Shown here: positions 35,101 through 40,299 of the stretch, in pieces | Layout of the letters: the number at the start of each line of letters is the position of its first letter | How positions within the stretch are numbered: position 1 is the first letter of the stretch | DNA from: Collodictyon triciliatum | Taxonomy: Eukaryota | Direction of reading: 5' to 3' | Assembly (NCBI GenBank): GCA_043381765.1 | Contig: JBHJMP010000296.1 | Coordinates: forward strand, 1-40,299 | Length of the DNA stretch: 40,299 bases | Notes under the pieces: model-generated | Seen by the model: the letters and a program-made list of their open reading frames with translations, nothing else | What the model was told of the DNA's origin: nothing | Database searches by the model: none | Program-made: the position numbers and the translations under genes

Positions 35101-38100
35101 TAGTTTTTTTTGACATCAGTTCGGTCTTGCAAATTCGAAAAGAAAAATGATTCGGCCGTCTCCATGAGAAGTTGGTGGAAATACATATATCTTTTGTTGA
35201 AAGAATAAGTATGCATTCTGAACGTCGCTTCAAATTAAATACATAATATGCCTCATTATTTTCTGATGAAGTATAACAACCTCCCGTTTCGCACGAAAAG
35301 TGACTCGATTAAGGTAAAAAAGAATGACTTCCTATAAAAATAAGAAAAATAAAAATAGAGTGAATAGGAGCTTTCGAAAACATTTTTTAAAGGCTTATAA
35401 TGCAATAAAAGGGCTTCTTACCACTCAGCAAGTTCAAATAAGTTTCCAACATGTATTTCAATATATTTATCAAGATCGTTCTCGCTCAAGCCGATACGTG
35501 AAACAAACAAGACTTTCATCGATATGTCCACTATAGGTGCACCTTTTTGTGGAAAATACAGACAAAATTAAGATAAATGATTACTGCTGAAATATTGGTC
35601 AAATGACTTACCCTTTTTGTTGAATTTGCTCTGCCAGCGTTTGATAATCAAAGAATAGAGCTCAATAGCTCCGTTCTTTGAAAGTAGACTGTTTAGTTCT
35701 TTGTCTAGTTTCTCATACACCCCAAAAACTCGTATTTCGTCCAAAACAATACGCAGATAGAGAGGATGGCCTGTAAATAAAATTATATAAAGCAGTATAT
35801 AATTCTTTGCTACTGATACATTTTACTATATTTTGGTTCATAAATCTATTGATATTGAATATAAACCTAGTATTCACCTGTATTTTCATGATTTAAAAGC
35901 AGCATTTGCATTTGCTCTTCACTTAGTGATTTGTCATATCGAAAGAGAAAGGAGGTAGCGCTTTCTTGGATCTCTTCGATGGTTAATTTTGTCACTGGAA
36001 TGGCATCTAGACCGTTTTCAACGGCATGCTGCATGAAAGTTTATCATGACCAGATATTTGGTATGATTTATTTTAATAGTATGAAATGTTTTTCGTATTA
36101 AGACATTCAACCTTGCATGATACATGAGCGTCAATCGTAGAGAATAATAAAGCGATGTTGAATGGTGTTCTTTTGGGCAACCAATTAAGCGTGTGGGGTA
36201 CAGGGTTTTCTTGTGAGGGTTTTATTTGATTCACAGCATCAATCAGGAAAATAAACTTCTTGCTCCTATTTTTTTAAAAATAATATTTTAAACTCAAATA
36301 CAGACTTTATACAATTAATTACCTAGAAATATGGTAACCTGTTTTTTTTCTTTTCTTTCAATAATTTGAATAGGCCATGAATTCCCTCTTTTTGGAAATC
36401 TAATGTATAATCATGATTTAATTTCTTCACTATTGCACCTGTAGTGGCGTATAATCCATATTTGAATATAAAAGTAAGTAAATTACCAGAAGATGTGTCA
36501 TATAAAAAAGAAACTAATTGGTCATCGGAGCTTGTAACCAGTCTCCAGAATCGAATTGAGATACTTTAATGATGTTTGAAATATTAAGTATCTTTTGAAA
36601 AACGAAAACAAAGATGCGAATCATTCATATTAATGTTTTGTGTCGTCTAATTTGGCAAGAGATGATTGGAAGGAAAAGAATATTCTTAAAATTATATTTT
36701 ATTCTAATTTTATGTCAAAATTAAATAAATAGGTACTTTACCTTTCCACATAATTGCTCAAATTGGTGCATCCCACAAAATGGAACATAATATTAAGCCC
36801 AGGAATTCCCATACAATCAAAGTCTTTAGCGATGGCAGCCAAAAGGGATGACTTGCCAATTCCCGACGAAGCTGCCAGGACAGTTGCTGTTGTGTCTTCT
36901 TCATTCAACTGAGACCATATCTTTCAAGAAAAATATCAATAATCTTATGGAGAAGTAACGACCAAATCTATAAAGAATATCTATAACATCTTTATTTCTT
37001 TTTGGTTTTTTGTTAGTTTTTGTTCAATTATTTATCTATTTTTACATTTCCATTGATTGTGGAAAGTAAATCTTTTCGACCACCAAACCCAGCCAGTCGA
37101 TGCATTTTGAATTGGTGATGAGCCTGGTCCTCTGTATCCATAACCTACAAGTTTAAAAGTCCTTTGAGATATAAATATTTAAATTAGGTTTCTTTATAAA
37201 AATTAATTACCTTAACTCCAGAAAAATCTCTGAGAAAAGCGTAAGTCAAGTGATGAACTATCATATCGGAGTACTCTTTTGGTCCTTTATAGGTAACATG
37301 CCCATATTGACCTCTAATCTTTTCCTTGAGATCATCCTGGCGTTGCTTCTGCCATGTATGAATAAATACGAGAAACTTTGTACTTTTGCTCTTGCCTCTT
37401 TTAATCCGAAAAAATACTAACGGCCTCTTCATTCTCAGCCAGGTACAGCTTTCTCTCTTCTTCTGTTTTTGCAGAAGCCTTGGCAAAATCTTCATCTCGG
37501 AAGTAAAAAAATACTCTACTGCAAGCAGGTTTCGGTATCAGAGCAGCATATTGTATCTGAGATACGAGAAAATTGAGTAAACATAGACATATTTCAGCTC
37601 AAATTTTTCAATTCATATACTTCATATTCTGTGACACTTAGCCCAGGCATTTCATCGATGAATGGAAATCGTTTGTTTGTCTCAGAACGCCATTCAATAT
37701 TAAATTCAGCCAATTTAGGCTGATGCCCATATTTTTGATCGTTTTGTTGGTCTTCAGTGATACTGGTCTCTGTCTTCGACTGGTCAGGTATCCATCCGTA
37801 TCTTGCACCCAAAGAACAAACAAAGTAAGGACATTTTCCAATAGAGTCTAAACACCGGATGACGACCTTTTAAAAAAATAAATGAGAAACAGTAAGGTGC
37901 AAAAATTTTATAGATTCACTTTTTTTTATCTTTTTCATACCCATCCTTCTCTGCTGTCTTTTGATGTCAACCCCCAGCGTAAGTCAATAAATACGAGTTC
38001 AAATCCCATTGATTTTGCCAGATTTTTTAATCTGTGAAATCATGTGTTAAATAAAAAAACCTTTAGATATGATAGGGATGAAAAATCAGGCCATCCACGC

Positions 38101-39472
38101 ATATTGTAAGGAGAAAGTGATAGAAATAGAGAAAGCAAAAATGGGGTTGACTCACTCTAGGGCTCCGTGTTGGAAAAATGTATCTCTTTCGTTCTGCATA
38201 TCGCGGAAAGTGGATGACAAGAAAACGCGTATTACATGTTCATCAAATATTATAAGGTCGAGAGCTTTCGGGGTCATATATCGTTGTGGTGCAGGCAGCC
38301 ATTTCTTGAATTTTTTATCTTTCAGCTCATGTTGCATCATGTTCATCTATCCATGTACACTATCAGTCATATAGGGTGGAATCAAACTTTCATATACTAA
38401 AATGAAATAAACCTTGTCTATTAAGATGCACGATCTAATTAAAATGACACTTCCTTGTTGCTCCAGTCCTAAGTCTTAAAATTTTGTTTTTCAATGAAAG
38501 ACAGTTAAGCTAAGAGTATCATATCAAAGAACATTCAGAATGCCATACGGTTGAGAAAAGGTTACACATTATTAGACTATTCACCTCCAAATGGAAAAGG
38601 AATTTTTATTTTTTCGAATAGAACTTTGGCGTCTTGGTATCGCTCTTCAGGTTCATTCTGTGCTTAATTATGTTTAGAATCATATAAATGTCTTGCTTAT
38701 GTGGTACATTGATTTTCCTTCAACTTATCGTTAACCACCTTGAATGGTACATCTTGGCCGACAGATTTCGCTATCAGGTACCATAGCACCAGATAAACAA
38801 TTTCTATAAAAAAAAATACAAGGTTTTTCATAAAAAAATGCTATATTTTGGGCAGGGAATATTCGAGGTTTTTGGGTTATTTTCTTACAAACCTTGGAAC
38901 CTGACATCTTGGAGGGATGTTCTTTGTATATCGATACTTTCATATTTCCTTTCAAGCCATTCTCTAATTTTGGTTTGGTTTTTGGAATTTGATGATTCTT
39001 GAGTGATGGCGCAGTCGCTGGAGTAAATTAAGAAAAATAATGGCATCGTTTAATTTCATCACAAAAACGAAAATAAAACAAAAAAATACAAATTAAAATG
39101 ACGTGAGATAAAATGCTTTACTAAAATAATCTTATGACAATAGACAAAAAATTTTTTAGAATGCCCGCTTACGAGAAGAGTCGAGTTTGATAATCCAGAA
39201 ATTTTTCGTCCAATACAATCTCCGCAAGTATAATGAGGAAGAATCCGTCCTCCATGTCCTTCTTCACATCTTTTGCTCTTAATTGAACTTTATCCAGGTG
39301 GTAGTTGACCCATTCGAGAAGCGCCTTATTAATGTTTAATATCTTCAGATGTGACAAATATGGTATTAGTAAGCTTTTTGGTGAATTATTTGCATAATTT
39401 TCTTTAAATAAGCAATCTATTGCGATACGAAACCTCTGATGTGCTCACAAGCTTTCTTGCTAGCAATGACAT
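26289..39472 (-). CDS. Giant multidomain STAND/NACHT-like NTPase: CH-DUF4062-P-loop-TPR-pentapeptide-WD40-Sel1-L-type lectin
   Basis: CH: LLEWVNYHL..KDVKKDMEDGFFLIILAE..LVLWYLI (39330-38740). DUF4062: RVFLSSTFRDMQNERD, DLRWG, CPYFVCSLGARYGWIP, SVTEYE (38231-37620). Walker A ASSGIGKS (36872-36849), Walker B FIFLIDAVNQ, LNWLP, GHPLYL. KLC-like TPRs FGDTHPS, LGDNHPA, LGELHAD. Then a 3.9 kb exon and lectin exons. Start, end and the lectin junction are inferred. Confidence 0.72.
26693..26800. repeat. (GAAAGAAAAAAAC)n 13-bp tandem repeat, intronic
   Basis: Directly visible. Confidence 0.9.
29186..33112 (-). CDS. Large exon: TPR tail, pentapeptide repeats, 7 WD40 repeats, Sel1-like repeats
   Basis: 1308-aa ORF preceded by an AG acceptor at 33115-33114. 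Contains LRDAILDGADLTGANLRGVNFSNAAL, LEGH/LKGH..LASG..D..I.IWD x7, CYENGW-type units x6 and canonical Sel1 (MGDLLYFGEGVPQNYNEAFKYYLRAA). Confidence 0.92.
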   Translation of the reverse strand: MDQVTEYFQKSSFIRRSTKSLMSIKEPSQLINLIKFKKQKNEVASLAELYKSLIHFFSDKKFISYPSIWNCCEELNQLYMENRQHKEAIDFWVDIIKHFSEKIGWNHVSILNACEFLSYHYKELGIDKEPIEFTKVHEFISASLGTEARQLDYSQIISCLFDIVYLSRKAESQDSAASKAIELLNFMKVSFSKMDLSNVNIPNSYLRDAILDGADLTGANLRGVNFSNAALRDIILNGSNMNGANLGVVCNKLEGHMHFTNCACIIEGPNGENWLASGSSDKIIILWDLLTGRVIKTLKGHQNDVRALCFYSNSNGKKRLISAGDDKIIRIWDIAAQTQEKSLEGHLDGVRSLLLFQSLNGDIYLASGGVDKNIIIWSMETGDAVRILKGHTASIYSVCQIDGPDGDIWLASGGYDNKILIWDPNAGNRIKTIETQCFGINSLCCVKNSDGVIQLVSGGDNGRIYAWNLYSGTQVKVLEGHESSIKSMCKVCGPNGENWIASGAYDGKICIWDTETGYLMRTIFEQKSDIRVICSFLSANEETWLAYSGAGKTIHILNLTYESNLRYRKKGEVRYISGRKYIKTGCSDELTSPVHEPVDEIICQRVEHRFLEGGGIYLQNVVGLSDTNKRIFFSRGAASFDEDFISYCKNEQYSEFQAAMVAKCFENGWTVEKNSREAHFWWIQSLKVSSNFEKLELLARQGSNEAFKALKSLAEMKIDEILYGKKIRETEKYPQLSSVVAHCYENGWGVEKDLCEALEWNGKAENFPKLMYHATNGSVDAFKVLLGVAQMKEFVENDSGDKEERYKYPQIQNNIAECYENGWGVDANLQEGVKWYGYAENFEKLRQYVQKGSKDAFFILKKMSDVCKNVLDSFDRVIGETYKYKQAISIIAECYENGWAVEKTPKKAAKMFGKAEDFVKLKQLAQQGSKEAFDILGNMAFARLSRDEEDEDDDEIQERIKYPMAVSVLAECYENGWSVEPSVEQSIFWKIVSSPHDRNHFERLKQLAQGGSERAFKVLKSLSKRKKETRINQYGYEIGESYKFPISIPALADCYENGWGTGVNTESAVFYYGIGAEIEITESYEKIVIYSGNGDAHAQFIMGLCAKKGLNIEMDLDQCHYWFQLSAEQNHVKATKGMGDLLYFGEGVPQNYNEAFKYYLRAAVLGDEESTWLIQNNMDIFKKASLNEAEYICLNAICCYKEESRDFLTKMAESNFVGMMNVLEELSTRQGHLFALFMGTFYESNFFAEKNHDKAVLWYKRCTSFYDIADLATKEFNGASQVLNELKETRTFKAYIPEPMRQDACKNN

Positions 39473-40195
39473 CCTCAAAGATCTGCAGCCGCTTTTTTGT
39501 TCAACCAGACTGCTCTATTTTCAAGAAAAAGAAATTAGTTGGAGCACCCGATGGAGCACATTATCTATTTTTTGCTGTTCATTCGGCAAAGAGAAGAGAA
39601 CTCAAGACTATGTTATTGATATTTCCTAAATCAATAATTAGATCGTTGATTCGTCATCCTTGTACGATGTTCGTAAACTTATTTGCTTTTTTTTCTTTTT
39701 GATGGTAACGAACGATAGGTAATATTTTCGATTATTCACCGTCGCACAAGAAAGTCAGAATCAGTATGATTTGACACTTTTAATTATTTTGAATTACTTT
39801 CTTGAACGAAGGTTTCAGGCACATAAAAAAAATTGAGATAAGTTGGAGTCTAACATATGGTATGTGGCTTTAGGCAATAATTGATATTCATCAATGGAAA
39901 AAAACAACTCTTACATCTGTTATATAAGATTCGAGAATTGTAATTTCTACTAAAATAAAAAAATAGAGCATTAATTATAGTGTATATAAAATGTAAAAAA
40001 AAAAAATATTCCATGGACTTTTGCGTTAATCAAAGGGAAATATATTCTGATGTTGGTTGTGTAAAAAAAAGTTCGCTTCTATGCTAGAGTCATGCCCACC
40101 TGTATCAGGATCAAGGCTTTTTGACTTTATAGCCCAATATTCGGCAGCCTTATAAAATCAATACCGGAAATGAATTCTCTTTATTCTCTCGGCAT

Positions 40196-40299
40196 TTCTT
40201 TTCTTTTTCTTTTTTCTTTTTTCTTTTTTCTTTTTTCTTTTTTCTTTTTTCTTTTTTCTTTTTTCTTTTTTCTTTTTTCTTTTTTCTTTTTTCTTTTTT
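40196..40299. repeat. (TTTTTTC)n microsatellite at window end
   Basis: Directly visible. Confidence 0.95.

Overview
AT-rich, intron-dense eukaryotic nuclear DNA (probably a protist; standard genetic code, degenerate splice donors, many intronic microsatellites, two 100-N gaps). I spliced nine genes by hand: a partial PCM1 C-terminal-like gene (+), a divergent Sec24 (+, 5' end lost in a gap), MRPL13 (+), an uncharacterised conserved protein resembling a plant family (+), CDK5RAP3/C53 (+), MRPL41 (-), a single-pass LEA_2-like protein (+), an LRR-only protein (+) and a ~13 kb minus-strand gene. The last is the most striking. It appears to encode one giant STAND/NLR-like NTPase: CH - DUF4062 - NACHT-like P-loop (TEP1/NPHP3 type) - TPR - pentapeptide - 7x WD40 - extended and canonical Sel1 repeats - L-type lectin - unassigned C-terminus. 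The pentapeptide/WD40/Sel1 block sits in one 3.9 kb intronless exon resembling bacterial-type sensor modules. All family calls come from recalled motifs, not database searches, and exon models lack RNA support.
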